Part shown: one piece after another, positions 34,280-48,689 of the stretch
How the letters are laid out: each line of letters opens with the position of its first letter
How positions within the stretch are numbered: the stretch's first letter is position 1
NCBI GenBank assembly: GCA_043228905.1
Contig: JBHGNT010000004.1
Location: 12,028,001-12,092,000 of the forward strand
Origin: Azolla caroliniana
Lineage: Eukaryota; Plantae; Polypodiophyta
Direction of reading: 5' to 3'
Length of the DNA stretch: 64,000 nucleotides
Notes under the pieces: generated by a model
Seen by the model: the letters and a program-made list of their open reading frames with translations, nothing else
Told to the model about the DNA's origin: nothing
The model's database searches: none
Program-made: the position numbers and the translations under genes

Positions 34280-37200
34280 TGTTAATAATTAGGTGATTAA
34301 CTACGGGTTAATTAGTACCTAATTATGTGATTAACTTAAGAGTGCAAGATTATGTGATATGTGTGTGAGGGGAAGAGAGAGAGGAAGATACACTTATGAA
34401 CAACACAAGATGGGGGATGATTAACTCTATATTAAATTCGCATTATCATCATCATCAAATACAAAAATACAGACAATGAGGTATATATAGATCTCATGTG
34501 CAAGGGTGCACATGTGTGATGAGAATATAGGTACAAAGGTGTAAGTCCTTTATTAAATGTAATTCAGAGTGGAGGATCTAGAATATCTGACTTAAGTACA
34601 AGGTCCTATTTAAGGCGTTATAGTCAACACTTCTAACTAGATTCTATCTAGGTAACTACGAAGTTACATGGTTTACTAACTAACTAAACTAAGTTGAGCT
34701 TGATCTCTCAACACACCCCCTCAAGCTCAAGTGTTAGGCGTCCAACATCCGCTTTGGCTTTCATCGGCTTTGTGTGCTTCCGTCCGGCCTTTGGCTTTCT
34801 TCGGTCTTTTCGAGGCAATCTTGGTTCCTCCCCCTCAAGCCGGTGATGAAGGCTTGTAGTGTGTGGGCGAAGGTCGACTACTGCCACCCATCGTGGGTTA
34901 CGAGCCACTTCTATAGAGCTCTCGGGCTCTTGTTCGGCCATTACCTTCATCGCGAAAGCATAATGATGGGCCATGTACGCATTGTAGCCAAGCCGAGTGA
35001 CGAGATTCCTCTCTCTAGAAGAACGTCTAAGTTTTTTGCTCACCGATGTGAATGCCTTCTTTACTCTGGGTGTCTGCATGATGGGTACACCGAACTCACT
35101 GTCTTGTGAGGGAACCGACACATCCGAATCCCTGTCGTCGGGGTGATTGACTTCGTATTCAGGCATCTTACCTTTGCCTTTGTCCAAGTTCGGACTTGGC
35201 CGCAACGTGCTTGGAAGGCTTCAAGGCTTAGGTGGGCTTGGATTGTCCTGTGGTAGAGGACTTTTCCGAATATCATCCTGTGAGTTGACATTCAACTCTT
35301 CCTCAGTCAAGTCGGATGGAGCCGAATCGGGTTTATACCAAGATGTCGATTCGTCGAAGACTACGTCTCGACTCACCCGAACCGCTCAGGTCGAAGGGTT
35401 ATAACACTTATATGCCCTCTTCTCGGATATGTATCTGATGAGGATACATTCATCTGACTTTGCATTGGGCTTCTATCAGCTTTAGTTCGGGATGCGTACA
35501 TTCGCAATGCTTCCGATTAGCTTGAGGTGCGACAGGATCGGCTTCCTTCCGACGAGGAGCTCGTATGGAGTTAGCTCATGTACTCCATTGCTGGTGCATC
35601 GATTCATGAGATAGATGGTTGTGGATGCCACTTCGGCCCAATAGAAGTTCGGCATGTGTTTCTCATGCATCATGGCATGTGCTACCTCGAGTATTTGCCA
35701 ATTTTTCCTTTCGGCGACTCCATTTTGTTGGGGTGTGTGTCGGCATGAGAATTCTCTCCGAATGCCTTCACTTTGGAGGTAGGAGGTGAACTCGTCGGAG
35801 AAGTACTCCTTGCCTCCATCCGATTGTAGGCATCGAATGTGCTGACCGGTTTCTTTCTCCACTTGGACCTTGAGCTTTTGGAAGTGGGAGAACACTTCGC
35901 TCTTCTTATTCATTGGGAAGATCCACACGTAGCGCGAGTAGTCATCGATGAAGGTTACTGTAGTATCGGCGTTTGAGCCGGTCCCCATACATTTGAGTGT
36001 ATGACGTCAAGGAGGCCTTTGCTTGCGGAGCTCTCCTTCGAGAATGGGAGTCGATGTTGTTTGCCGAGTTGACACGCTTCGCATACTCGGTCGACTCGTT
36101 TCCACTCGAATGTCAGATGTCAGATGACGACTCCCTTTGTTTGCATAGCTCGGAGCCGTTGGAGGTTTATGTGGCCAATTTTCTTGTGCCACAACTCGAT
36201 GCTTGGCTCGGTTTTGCGACCTTTGGCATACATAGCCGATTTCACCTCATTCGAATCGAGGATAAACATTCGACCGTCTCTCCGTCCCTTGGCTATGAGT
36301 CGGCCATCTTTCTCGATGAAACAACCTTCGTTGTTGAAGTGAACTTCCATTCCTTGCTCCACGATTTGGCCTACCAAGACCAAATTCTTCATTATCGTAG
36401 GCATGTGCAAGACATTCTAGAGTCAATTGTTATTGTTGTCATTGCCGAATGGAACATTGCCGATGTGCCGAATGGGATATGTGGTGTTGTCTCCCATCTT
36501 TATGTAGCCGAGTCGATCCAGTGTACGCAAGTCATTGAACCACTCTTTGTGGGATGTCATGTGATGTGAGGCGCTGGAATCGATGAACCGCACGTCTTCC
36601 GAATTGGAGGTGCTTGCGGAGTCGGAGGCCTTCATAGAGTTTGCTCTATGCCTCATTACGAATAGTCCGCCGTAGTCATCGTATTCGGAGTTGGTGGCGT
36701 AATTCGAAAGTTGTCAACTTGTCGAAGCCGACTTGCTTCTTCTTTTTCGGCACTCCTCCTCACGGTGGCCAATAATTGCAAGTTGCGGGCCTCATTTGCT
36801 GACCTTGTTTGGCATGGAAGCTCCCCCTTCTTCCGAAGGTTCCTCGATGGCTTCCGTGAAGGTTTGAGTTCCCTTCGTGTGATGGCCCGAATTGGCCTCT
36901 TCTACCGCCGTGACCTCCTCCACCGTGACCTTGTCCTTGCTCACCGTCCGAACTTGAGAAGAACATTTGTCCTTCCGACATCTTCGTCTTGGTTCGGGCA
37001 TGGTTCTCTTCGACCAATAACATTGATTGGAGGTCGAAGAATGAAGGAGGTTTGTGTTGGCGGTGAACATTTTCTTTAAGTTTGCCCACGCTTCTTTAGG
37101 CATCTTGGCATCTCGAATGTGGCTAAGCATGTGGTCGTGGACACATGTTGCCAAGAAATACATGACTCGACTCGTCGCTTGCTCCCATGTTGCCTAGTCG

Positions 37201-37420
37201 GTGTTCTTTGAGTCGGGTCGATTTTCTTGTGCGTTGTTGATGTAGCTCCAATACCCTTGGCCGACAAGGTATTGGGTCATCCTGTACTCCCAAGATGAAT
37301 AATTGCTCTAGTCTAGCTTTTCACTATGGAGTGAGCTACCCATTTGCGTGTTCATTTTGATGTAGTGTCTTCCTTTTTTGATTTCCTTCGCTCGATCACT
37401 TGCTCGTGCTACGTGGCGGC
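34280..37420 (-). mobile_element. Copia K: gag-PR-INT without RT/RH; 5' LTR missing
   Basis: 3' LTR 34280-34713, PPT TTGAGGGGGTG on minus, gag MGSSLHSEKLD at 37343, FIDSSASHH, FIDD/SDGGKEY/GVAER; coding ends at NPRWVA near 34880. Confidence 0.85.
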
Positions 37421-38036
37421 ACTGTGCTCCTCATATCCACACGTGTTTTTTTGTTTTTTTCTCTACTTTTGTCTACTTTTAAAAACCGCCTCTAACTTAA
37501 TATTCATCATTATTTATTGTAAGGTTCAATCCTTTGACCAATTATTTATAAGGAATTATCTTTGGAAAATGAAAAAGTATTTTTTCTCTACCAATAAAGT
37601 TGACTTCACAATACTAGTTTATTTGAACTACTATTTTACTTCTTTTCGAGGGTGGTTTCACACTATGTGTTAGAAACATCACGACACTGTGACAACTTTT
37701 CTTTTCTAATTTGGACATCTGATGAGGAAATTATGAGCTTTTTTCTCTACTGTGCTCCTCATATCCACACGTGCTTTTTTGTTTTTTTCTCTCCATCTTT
37801 TTCTCTACTTTTGTCTACTTTTAAAAACCGCCTCTAACTTAATATTCATCATTATTTATTGTAAGGTTCAATCCTTTGACCAATTATTTATAAGGAATTA
37901 TCTTTGGAAAATGAAGAAGTATTTTTTTTCTACCAATAAAGTTGACTTCACAATACTAGTTTATTTGAACTACTATTTTACTTCTTTCCGAGGGTGATTT
38001 CACACTAAGTGTTAGAAACATCACGACACCGTGACA
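37421..38036. repeat. AT-rich direct duplication (about 280 bp, two copies)
   Basis: 37421-37696 closely matches 37749-38036. Confidence 0.9.
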
Positions 38037-38660
38037 GTTTGAATCCCTTCCAACTAGAAGCACCACTCGTTTTCGTCATCGCCTTTGCTTCTAGAGTTAC
38101 CATCATCACTGACAATGCTTTCAGAATTACCGTCATCAACATCATTGTCTTCGACATCATCATTTTTAGCACCTCTTCGCCCAAACATCAGCGTCATCAA
38201 CACTACTTGTCATCATTTTTAGGTATCATTTTGCATCACGGTTTTGGTGAGGACCGCACATGGTCGCTCCCACTCATGTTGGTGTTCCAATCTCCGGTGA
38301 GGACTGCACATGGTCACTCACACTCACGTTGGTGTTCCAATCTCCGGTGAGGAACGAACATGGTTGCTCACGCTCACATTGGTGTCTAGTCTCCGGTGAG
38401 AACCACACATGGTTGCCTGCGTTCACCCGTGCTCCTATTTATGGTGTGGACTACTTATGGTCACTCACACGGCCACCTCAATGTACTTTTGTTTTCTCTT
38501 TCAACTCACCCCTACACCACACTTTCGAAAAGGCGGCCGTAAAGAGGAGGATAATGTCACAGACATGATGACAAGATTTGAACTCGTGACCTCTTGTATA
38601 TAGTCAAGTGTTGTGTTCTAACCAACACATCCAAATATATAGTCATATTGTATATTTTGT
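38029..38660 (+). mobile_element. Non-coding LTR element of family L, partial copy
   Basis: LTR end CCGTGACA then GTTTGAATCCCTT, ~50-bp array 38246-38470, PPT AAAGAGGAGGATAA, 3' LTR start TGTCACA at 38555; inverse homolog of 61681-63469. Confidence 0.75.
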
Positions 38661-40465
38661 AGGTTATTAGTATATTATCTATTTCAAGTAATTATCGTCC
38701 TCGATCGTCAAATATGACCTACATTACTAAAAATATAGTATTTTCATGTAGTACATGGGAAGTGAATAGGGACTATTGATGTTCAAAATTTTTACTATTG
38801 TATATCAAAATCAAGAGTGCACAACGTGACTATGAGAGAAATTTGAGCAATGAGTGGGTTTGGTTGAAGATATGGTGAAAACATAGTCAGATGTGATGAA
38901 AGATAGAGCTTTGTATTAAAGTGTGACACTTAAGACTCCCAAACTTGTTTAGGTGTGCATAGTTGATTATGCTCATCACATTGTAGTGAATGTAAGCTAA
39001 TTCGTATGCATGAAACAATGGTTTGGATATTTGGAAACAAGATGGGCTTGAACATGTGTTGGTACGTGTGGTTTCCTCATTCAACGAAGACCATGGCTTT
39101 GTATTTGGTGCAACATATGTAGTATAATGTTTGAGGCATGAGCCTCCACAATTTTTCTATGTCATGATACATTGGCATTGCAAAAATCCTCATTCATAAA
39201 GGAATCTTTGGATGCATTGTGAAGCAAAAGCGTTGGATCCCATCGTCCAAACAAATTTTCCATATCCTATATCAAATTGGAACACAAAAAATCTGCTTTT
39301 GTATGTCTTTTTAATATTTTGGCTTCGGGGATCTTGTGCTTTTTGTTTTAGTGTTTTGTAATGGTGCAGAGATTAGGGAGCTTACGTAAGGAGTTCCAAT
39401 AGTATCATTTTATTATTATTCTTGTGCATAAATTCTCGTCTTTTTAACCCTAATCGTTTACATATTATGCATTGACGATGATAAAGATCGAGGTTCTTAT
39501 AAGGTAAGGGAAGTACCATATGGTATGAGAGTCCTCTCATACACTAAATATATATGTATCTATATACGTATGTAAGTAAGTATGTATCTATATATTAATC
39601 ATGAAAGTCTCATACCCCGATCAAGCCCATGTTATACATATTCTCATACTTGGTCCCATACATAAATCATGTTTTTAGCCTTTCCATGACATGAAAACAA
39701 CATCTTTCTCTTATAAACAACCACATGTTACCGTACAGGATGTACGGGAGATGTAGAGTGTGATAATGAAGTCGAAGACTAATACGCGGCAAAGACATGG
39801 CAATGACGAAATGTGCGAAAATGGTGACAATGATGTGTGAGAAATCAAATTTATGATTTGTAGCAAATCAAATTGGTAATGTGCAAGAAATGGTGACAAC
39901 AATGTGTTGGAAATGGCCATGGTAACCAAAAAAAGAAATAGTCATAGTGACAACTGGAATGACGGAGAGATCGACAATAACAACGATGGCTGGACCGAAG
40001 ATGATTGGGACGACAACTAGACAGCCAGAAAGACATGGTTGTTTGTGCCGAACAACAATAGAGATGACCGGGGACAACAATCGGGATGAATGAAGACAGT
40101 TGGACAAGGTCGACAACGAGAGATATGCGAAGAGACTGTTGAGCAAACAAGCTCAACCGGATCCGGATCGACTGGATAAGCCTGAGCCGGATCCGTATAC
40201 GGAACGTAGAGTCGGATGATATCCGGATCGGTATCTGGAACCACAGGAGCCGGATTCAAATGTGAACCAGAAGGCTAGTAGTAGCCTATACTCTTAGACT
40301 ACTAGGTAGTTAGAGTCCTCGTAGTTAGTGTCAGCTGCTCGTATGAGCATTGAAGTACATAGTACTTCTGTCAGTCCTTTTGAGGACTTGTATAAATGGT
40401 GTTGTTTAGCACGTTTGTATGTACGGTGTTACAGAGTGTTATTTTTTAATAGAGTTTTATGTTTT

Positions 40466-40501
<36 letters not shown>

Positions 40502-41902
40502 ATGTATGCTAAATATTCTGAAGCTTCCATTGAACCCGTGTTTTCTATTCTCTATTGCTGCCCGGCTAAACCAGCTTTGTCAAGCTTCCACACACTAACT
40601 TTTACATGGTATCAGAGTGCGAGGGTTGAGAACCTCTGTAGTCAGTAGACGCTTCTGAAGACAAACCCTAACACCTGGTGCAAAACAGAAGAGAACCAAA
40701 TATGGACAGAGGTATGGCAAGTTCATTTCCCACAGAAAAGCTCGATTGGAGCAACTATGCATCTTGGTCATATAAAATGCAAGAGTACGTGTTGGGGCAT
40801 GGATGAGCTATGTGGAAGGAACTAATGAGGTAACACCTAACCTGACAGACAAAGACTTCCTGGCATGGGCGCAAGGAGTGAGCCGAGCATTGTACTGCCT
40901 TACGTCCTGTGTGCACGATCAGATGCTCGGCTACATCAACGATGCAAAAACGCCAAATGAGGCTTGGGAAAATCTACGGAAAATTTTCATCACAAGTACC
41001 ACAACCCGTAAGTTGCATCTCCGCCAAGAGCTGAACAACATCCAGAAGAGAGATATGTCGGTTACGGACTACACCACCAACATTAAGGAGATCTACGATG
41101 CACTCGGATCCATCAACATAATGGTGCAAGAAGATGAGATGGTCCAAATCTGTCTTGGTGGTCTAGCACAACGGTACAGGCCACTCGGGACGGCAATTTG
41201 TGATGGGAACTGAAGGCTCCTTATGCACAACGCTCGGCCACAACCGAGCTTAGGATCATACACAGAAAACGGGAAACAAATGCACGCGACACAAAGGAGA
41301 GAAAACCCAAAGAGGGAAAAACCACGGCAGCCCACAGGCTGCAAACTATCACTATGTTGGAATGTACAAAACAGTGAGTTCACGGAGGCAACGACCTCGT
41401 ACTCACTATCTTCGCCACAGGCGGCGGTTACAACAGAGGCAACGACCTCTTTCTCTCTCTCTCTCTCTCTCTGTACATTGTTACGTGCTCTCTCTTCTTC
41501 TTGCACCAACAAGAAAATGACAACGACAACAACACATATTTGCCCTAAGTCATATTTATACTAATATGATTTTTTGGCTATTTAGAAATATAGCCTCGAT
41601 GGGCTCTCAGAAACATATTTACAAATATGTCTCTTCCTCCGGTTCTCACCGGGTCTGCGTCATCCGGCTCTCCGTAGCCGGGTGCTCCTCATCCGGTTCT
41701 CACCGGGTCTGCACCATTCGGCTCTCCGTAGCCGGGTACTCCTCATCCGGTTCTCACCGGGTCTGCACCATCCGGCTCTCCGTAGCCGGGTACTCCTCAT
41801 CCGGTTTCGGCATCGGCCTATCGGCCTCGACCGAGATTGTTCGTTGGCACTGTTCTTCTCCCTTCCCATCCGGAGGGATCTGTCTCCCAACAAACTCCCC
41901 CT

Positions 41903-44900
41903 TCACTCCGGCATGGGGTGTCTTATCAGTCCGATCTGCTTCCGGCATGCATCCAGCTTGTCGGGTATCAGAACTTTGGTCAGCATATCTGACCCATTCT
42001 CGGCCGCGTGGATCTTCGTCAGCGTGAACTCCTGGTCATCTACTCTTTCCCGGATCGAGTGATATCTTCGTTGGATATGGTTCGTCCGAGAATGGTAGGC
42101 CGCATTCTTAGCAAGGTGGATGGCACTTTGATTGTCGCAATAGAGTCGGTATTCCTCTTGCCGGATACCGAGCTCTCCGATGAAGTCCTTCATCCATAAT
42201 ATTTCCTTGCCGGCTTCCACAGCCACCATGTACTCCGCCTCTGTGGTTGACAATGCAACCGTCTTCTGCAGCCTCGACTGCCACGAAACAGCTCCCCCTA
42301 CATATGTCATTACATACCCGGATGTAGACCGGTTGGTATCCACAACAGCCGACATGTCCGAATCGGTGAAACCGTCCAATTGAGGTTTTCCGGAGCCGAA
42401 TCGGAGACACATATTTGAAGTGCCCTTCAAATACCGGAGTATCCATTTAACCGCATTCCAGTGCTCCTTGCCAGGATTGCTCATAAACCGGCTCACCACT
42501 CCGACTACGTATCCTATGTCCAGTTGGGTACAAACCATTGCGTACATCAAGCTCCCGACGGCAGAGGCATATGGAATCTTCATCATATCCGCCTTCTCTG
42601 TTTTCGTCTTCGGGCTTTGCTTACCGGATAGCTTGCAGTTTGCCGGAAGTGTCGATCTGACCGGTTTTGCTTCTGACATGTTGAACCGGTGGAGCACCTT
42701 TGTCACGTACTTCTCCTGTGACAACCATAATTGCTTCTTTGACCGGTCCCGAATGATATGCATCCCCAGCATCTGTCTTGCCGGACCCAAGTCTTTCATT
42801 GAGAAGGTCCGGTTGAGAGCCTTCTTCAGCATCCATATTTTGACTTGGTCACGTCCGATGATCAACATGTCATGCACGTACAGGAGGAGTATCAAGAAGT
42901 TGCCTCCTTCGTACTTCTTCACAAACACGCAGTGATCGGCCTGCGTCTTGTGGTACCCTTGATCGGTCATGAAGGAATCGAACTTCCGGTACCATTGTCG
43001 GGGAGCCTGCTTTAGTCCGTACAGGCTCTTCTTCAGCCGGCATACCAGGTGCTCCTTCCCTTTCTCCACAAATCCTTCCGGTTGCTGCATGTAGATCTCC
43101 TCTTCGAGGTCGCCGTGAAGGAATGCCGTCTTCACGTCCAGCTGCTCTACCTCAAGGTCCATGCTTGCCGCTATACTCAGCACCGTTCGGATGGAGGTCA
43201 TCTTTACTACCGGGGCAAATATCTCGTCGAAGTCCACGCCCTTCTTCTACTGGAACCCCTTCACCACGATCCTGGCTTTGTATCTCGGGGGGTTTCCGGC
43301 ATCTCCCGGTTTCAACTTGTACACCCAGTTGTTTCGGAGTGCCCGCTTTCCTTTCAACAACTCCACCAATTCGTATGTATGGTTCTCATGCAGGGAATCC
43401 ATCTCGTCCTACATGGCACTTAACCATTTTCGGTTGTGGGTGTCATCCTTCACTTCTTTGAAGCTTTCCGGCTCCCCCTCATCGGTCAGCAGAACGTGCT
43501 CTGCATCTGGAAATCTCTAGGGGGCCCTTCTCTCTCTGAGAGGATATCTCCGTCTTTGGGCTTCGGTAGCCGGCTCCTCCATTTGCTCTTCATCCGAATC
43601 CGATTCGGGGTCTAGGCCGGTTCCGGTCTCAGCTTCCTCTACTTCTTCTTCTGCCGGTTCGGTATCCTCACCGTATCCGGCTGGTTCTTCGAGTGCTAAC
43701 CGGTCTCTCGCCGGTTGGGTCTGCTCATCGTAGAGTCGATCCTTACCGGTCGACTCAGAGTTCATTATCTTCTTCTCCGACTCCCAGTCGGCGAGCGTCT
43801 TGTCCTCCATGAAGATAATATCTCGACTCCGGAATACCTTCTTGTCGACCGGGTTCCACACTAGGTAGCCGAACTCATCGTCATCGTAACCGAGGAATAT
43901 GCATGGCCGGGTCTTTGGATCTAACTTTCCTCTCCGGTCCTTTGCTACATGCCCATACGCGAGACACCCGAACACCTTCAGATGCCAGTAGGACACTTCC
44001 TTACCGGTCCATACCCTCTGTGGCGTGTCTCCGTCCAAGGGTACTGAGGGTGATCTATTTATCACGTATGTCGCCGTCGACAATGCCTCAGCCCAAAACT
44101 TCTTGGGTAGTTTTGCATGCGCTAGCATACTCCGGACCCTCTCCATTATGGTCCGGTTCAACCTCTCGGCCAGTCCGTTTAGTTCCGGCATCTTCGGCAC
44201 GGTAAATTTGAGCCAGATTCCCTTCGAGCGGCAATACTCCTCGAACTGCCCCCGGTATTCTCCTCCGTTGTCTGCTCATACCGCCTTCAGCTTCCGGCCG
44301 GTTTCTCTTTCCACTCTCGCGTGGAGCTCTTTGAAGACGGATAACACGTGATCCTTCGTCTTCAACGGTGTGGCCCACAGCTTCCGGCTGTGGTCATCTA
44401 TGAACGTCACGAAGTACTGCGCTCCGGCATGTGACTTCGTGTCTACTTGACACACATCCGTATGCACCAACTCCAGTGGTGCATTACGTCTCATCGGTGG
44501 CCTTGGTCGGAAGGAAGTCCGGTTCTGCTTATCGGCCAGACAATCAGTGCACTTCTCTAAGTGCACCTTCTTTACTGGAATGAGGTTGTCATCTGCAAAC
44601 CTCTTCATCCCCTTCTCGCTCATATGACACAACCTCTTGTGCCACAGCTCACCGGCAGTGTCGGATGCCACGTTCACTTCTTCCGGGCATAACCGGGCAT
44701 TCATCAGGTACAGTGTGTTGACCTTCCGGGCCCGAGCCACAATTAGGCTCCCTTTGCTGAACTTCATGACACCGTTCTAGATGCTACCCGTGTCGCCTTC
44801 ATCATCTAGCCGACCAGACCAGCTGATATCAGGTTCAGACGAACCTCCGGAACGTGTCAGACATCCTTCAACAGCAACTTGCGTCCGGTTGGTGTTGACA

Positions 44901-45955
44901 GCCACACGTCTCCTATGCCGACAATTCGGCATGTACCTTCATTCCCCATCTGGACACAGCCGTGGTCACCGGCTGAGTAGGATGAGAAAACATTTCCGGT
45001 TCTGGGTAAGGTGGAACGATGCTCCGAAGTCTACCACCCAGGTGATCTCGTCGCTGGCAACGTTTATCTCACTCTCCTCGATGATGAGCATCAACTCTTC
45101 TTCACTTGCCGCGATTGCCGTCGTTCCCTTCCGGTCCGTCCCCTTTCGGTCTTTACCGTTCCGGTCCGGGGTCCGCTTCGAATCGGTACCGTCGGTTTCC
45201 TTGTCTTTACGGAAATGCCGACATATCTTTTGGAAGTAAACCGGCTTGCCGCAATAGAAGCAAGTGGGCCTCCCCCTTGACTTTGACCGTGTCCCCGACT
45301 TCTCCCAGTTCTGGGGACTACGGTTTCTATGTCTTCCGCGTTCCGATTCGGTAAGGAGCGCTTTGGAGTCGGAGCTCGTATCCTTATCTTTCCGACGCGC
45401 CTCCTCATCTAGCAGGCTGGACTTCACTCTTGCTAGAGATAACCGTTTTCCTTCCGGTCCGGCGTTGCCCAAAGTGACAACCAACGTCTCCCAGCTATCT
45501 GGGAGGGAACCGAGCAGGAGTAGCGCTAGTACCTCATTGGCAAGAGGTACTTCCAATGATGTTGCCTGGTGTATCAGCCCTTGGAAGGCATTCATATGCT
45601 CCGCCATGCTGGAGCCATCTTGGTACCGGAGTCTTACTAGCTTCCGGAATACCGAAACCTGATTAACAACATTTTTGTTTAGAAACATTATGCCGATCTT
45701 CTCCCAGAGCTCATGAGCCTTGCTCTCTTCATTGAAGTTGTTGTACAGGCTCATGTCGATGAAGCACCGTATGTACGCCGTTGTCTTCATGTGCATCACC
45801 TCCCATATCGCGACGTCGATTTTGTCCAGTCTCTTGTCCCCGAACTGAACCAGCAGCCAGAGGTCTTTAACCACGAGCATGTCCCTCATCTTCGACTTCC
45901 ATACCGAATAGTTGGAGCCGGTGAGCTTGAACATGCCGCCAAACGATTCGTCCAT
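41903..45955 (-). pseudogene. Copia J gag-pol
   Basis: ORFs 44966-45985 gag, 44276-44767 and 43517-44200 integrase, 41903-43237 RT-RH (YVHD); very similar to H pol. Confidence 0.93.
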
Positions 45956-46456
45956 ATTTCTGTGTCGTTTCTGCTCTGATACCACTTGACGGGAACTGAA
46001 GGCTCCTTATGCACAACGCTCGGCCACAACCGAGCTTAGGATCATACACAAAAAACGGGAAACTAATGCATGCAACACAAAGGAGAGAAAAGGTACACAT
46101 AATGTTTACATGGAAAACCCAAAGAGGGAAAAACCACGGCAGCCCACAGGCTGCAAACTATCACTATGTTGGAATGTACAAAACAGTGAGTTCACGAAGG
46201 CAACGACCTCGTACTCACTATCTTCGCCACAGGCGGCGGTTACAACAGAGGCATCGACCTCTTTCTCTCTCTCTCTCTCTCTCTCTGTACATTGTTACGT
46301 TCTCTCTCTTCTTCTTGCACCAACAAGAAAATGACAACGACAACAACACATATTTGCCCTAAGTCATATTTATACTAATATGATTTTTCGGCTATTTACA
46401 AATATGTCTCTTCCTCAGAAACTGATGGGCTCTCAGAAACATATTTACGAATATGT

Positions 46457-46632
46457 CTCTTCCTCCGGTTCTCACCGGGTCTGCGTCATCCGGCTCTCCG
46501 TAGCCGGGTGCTCCTCATCCGGTTCTCACCGGGTCTGTACCATCCGGCTCTCCGTAGCCGGGTACTCCTCATCCGGTTCTCACCGGGTCTACACCATCCG
46601 GCTCTCCGTAGCCGGGTACTCCTCATCCGGTT
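46457..46632. repeat. 54-bp tandem repeat (about 3.2 copies) in the U3 of J LTRs; also 41632-41807
   Basis: Unit CTCCTCATCCGGTTCTCACCGGGTCTGCACCATCCGGCTCTCCGTAGCCGGGTA. Confidence 0.92.
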
Positions 46633-47669
46633 TCCATTTGGAGGGACCTGTCTCCCAATAATTTGCACCCGGGAGAAGCCATCGTCGTTCTTCGATTTAC
46701 AATACATGTTGATGGTCGATGAAAACAACGTGAGTGGGTCGAGGACCACTCAATTGGATAGCTGGATGTTATACACGGAGGCGGATCAACCCAGTGGGCA
46801 TGGAGGACGAGGTGGGTCGGCACGAAATGGAGGTGGCCGGCAAGAGCGAAACCGAGGGCACAGAGACGGTACCGACAATAGTTCCGGACCCTCCACAAGC
46901 AGGGGGAGTCAAGTTGGAGCTAGAAACCGATAGTTGAAAACCGACATGGAATGTTGGTACTATGGCAAGAAAGGCCACTGTCAGGAATAGTACTAAAACA
47001 GAGAGAGAATTAGTACTGGAAAAGGGAAGTACTATTCGTACTAAGAGGACGGGACTGCGTAAGACTCCCGAGAGAGGAAGAGAGAAGAAGAGGAGAGAGA
47101 GAGAGAGATGATGATAACAGAGGATATATTATGTGAAGAGTAAGTACAAAAGGGCTATGAGGCTTAAGACTGGCGTTGAACCAATTTGGTTCAAAATAAT
47201 GCCTAGTGCCTTCTTTTATAGTGTTCTTAGGAGTAATCCTGAAGCTTCTAGAATGTTCTAGAGAAATCTGGAATATACATTAATTTCCTTAATAAAACTT
47301 AAATGAAAATAATATCCTACGTATTATAATAGATGGTATAATGGTCAAGAGCTCGACCCTTATAACATAAGGTCATGTGTTCGAATCTTGCCATATCATG
47401 ACACTATCTCCTCCTTAAGACGACGAATGGAACGAGTTGGTGCTAATTGCGGACCGGGTTTGTCTGGATACTTTCGGTGGAACTTAGCAAGAAGATCCTG
47501 AGCATTGGCGACATGCTCGATGGGTTCCCAAGTACGTTCGCTCGGACTATAGCCCAGCCAATCAACCAAATAATAAAGTTTGTTGCGAAGAAGTTTGGAA
47601 TCGAGGACAGTGGCAACTACATACTCTGGGCCGGCTTCCAACTCAAGCGGGGGTGGCGGTGGTGTAACA

Positions 47670-48689
47670 CGATCGGGAATAGTGTTTGCTTTATAAGGTT
47701 CAAGAAGAGAGCTATGGAAAACCGGATGTATCTGAAGATGTGGAGGGAGATCAAGGCGGAACGTGACATCATTAACCTTACTAGTAATGCGGAAAGGACC
47801 CAATCGTCGATAATCCAAGTTGTCGCGTGGTCGAGTAGTCTTGATGTGACGACGTAAGAGCCATACTCGATCTCTGATGGCAAAAGAGGAGGGAAGCCGA
47901 TGCTGATCCGCATAAGTCTTCTGTGTGTGTTGAGCATGATGAAGATGAGTAGAGAGATCCATTTGGATCTTGCGTAGCCTCTCCAAAGGATCCTCGACAC
48001 GAGCATTGGCGATCGGGAATAGTGTTTGCTTTATAAGGTTCAAGAAGAGAGCTATGGAAAACCGGATGTATCTGAAGATGTGGAGGGAGATCAAGGCGGA
48101 ACGTGACATCATTAACCTTACTAGTAATGCGGAAAGGACCCAATCGTCGATAATCCAAGTTGTCGCGTGGTCGAGTAGTCTTGATGTGACGACGTAAGAG
48201 CCATACTCGATCTCTGATGGCAAAAGAGGAGGGAAGCCGATGCTGATCCGCATAAGTCTTCTGTGTGTGTTGAGCATGATGAAGATGAGTAGAGAGATCC
48301 ATTTGGATCTTGCGTAGCCTCTCCAAAGGATCCTCGACACGAGCATTGGCGATCGGGAATAGTGTTTGCTTTATAAGGTTCAAGAAGAGAGCTATGGAAA
48401 ACCGGATGTATCTGAAGATGTGGAGGGAGATCAAGGCGGAACGTGACATCATTAACCTTACTAGTAATGCGGAAAGGACCCAATCGTCGATAATCCAAGT
48501 TGTCGCGTGGTCGAGTAGTCTTGATGTGACGACGTAAGAGCCATACTCGATCTCTGATGGCAAAAGAGGAGGGAAGCCGATGCCGATCCGCATAAGTCTT
48601 CTGTGTGTGTTGAGCATGATGAAGATGAGTAGAGAGATCCATTTGGATCTTGCGTAGCCTCTCCAAAGGATCCTCGACACGAGCATTGG
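47670..48689. repeat. 340-bp tandem triplication inside the integrase of N
   Basis: Units start at 47670, 48010 and 48350; near-identical. Confidence 0.95.

Larger units (their letters stand above)
41201..46660 (-). mobile_element. Copia J (Tork-like), full-length, several stops
   Basis: LTRs 41201-41892 and 45987-46660, perfect TSD ATTTG, PBS 45973-45984, PPT GAAGGGGGAG on minus near 41895-41904. Confidence 0.95.

Noticed and set aside
38700-39700. Possible DNA-transposon or host-gene remnant
   Set aside because: AT-rich, with no ORF, TIR or motif I can support.
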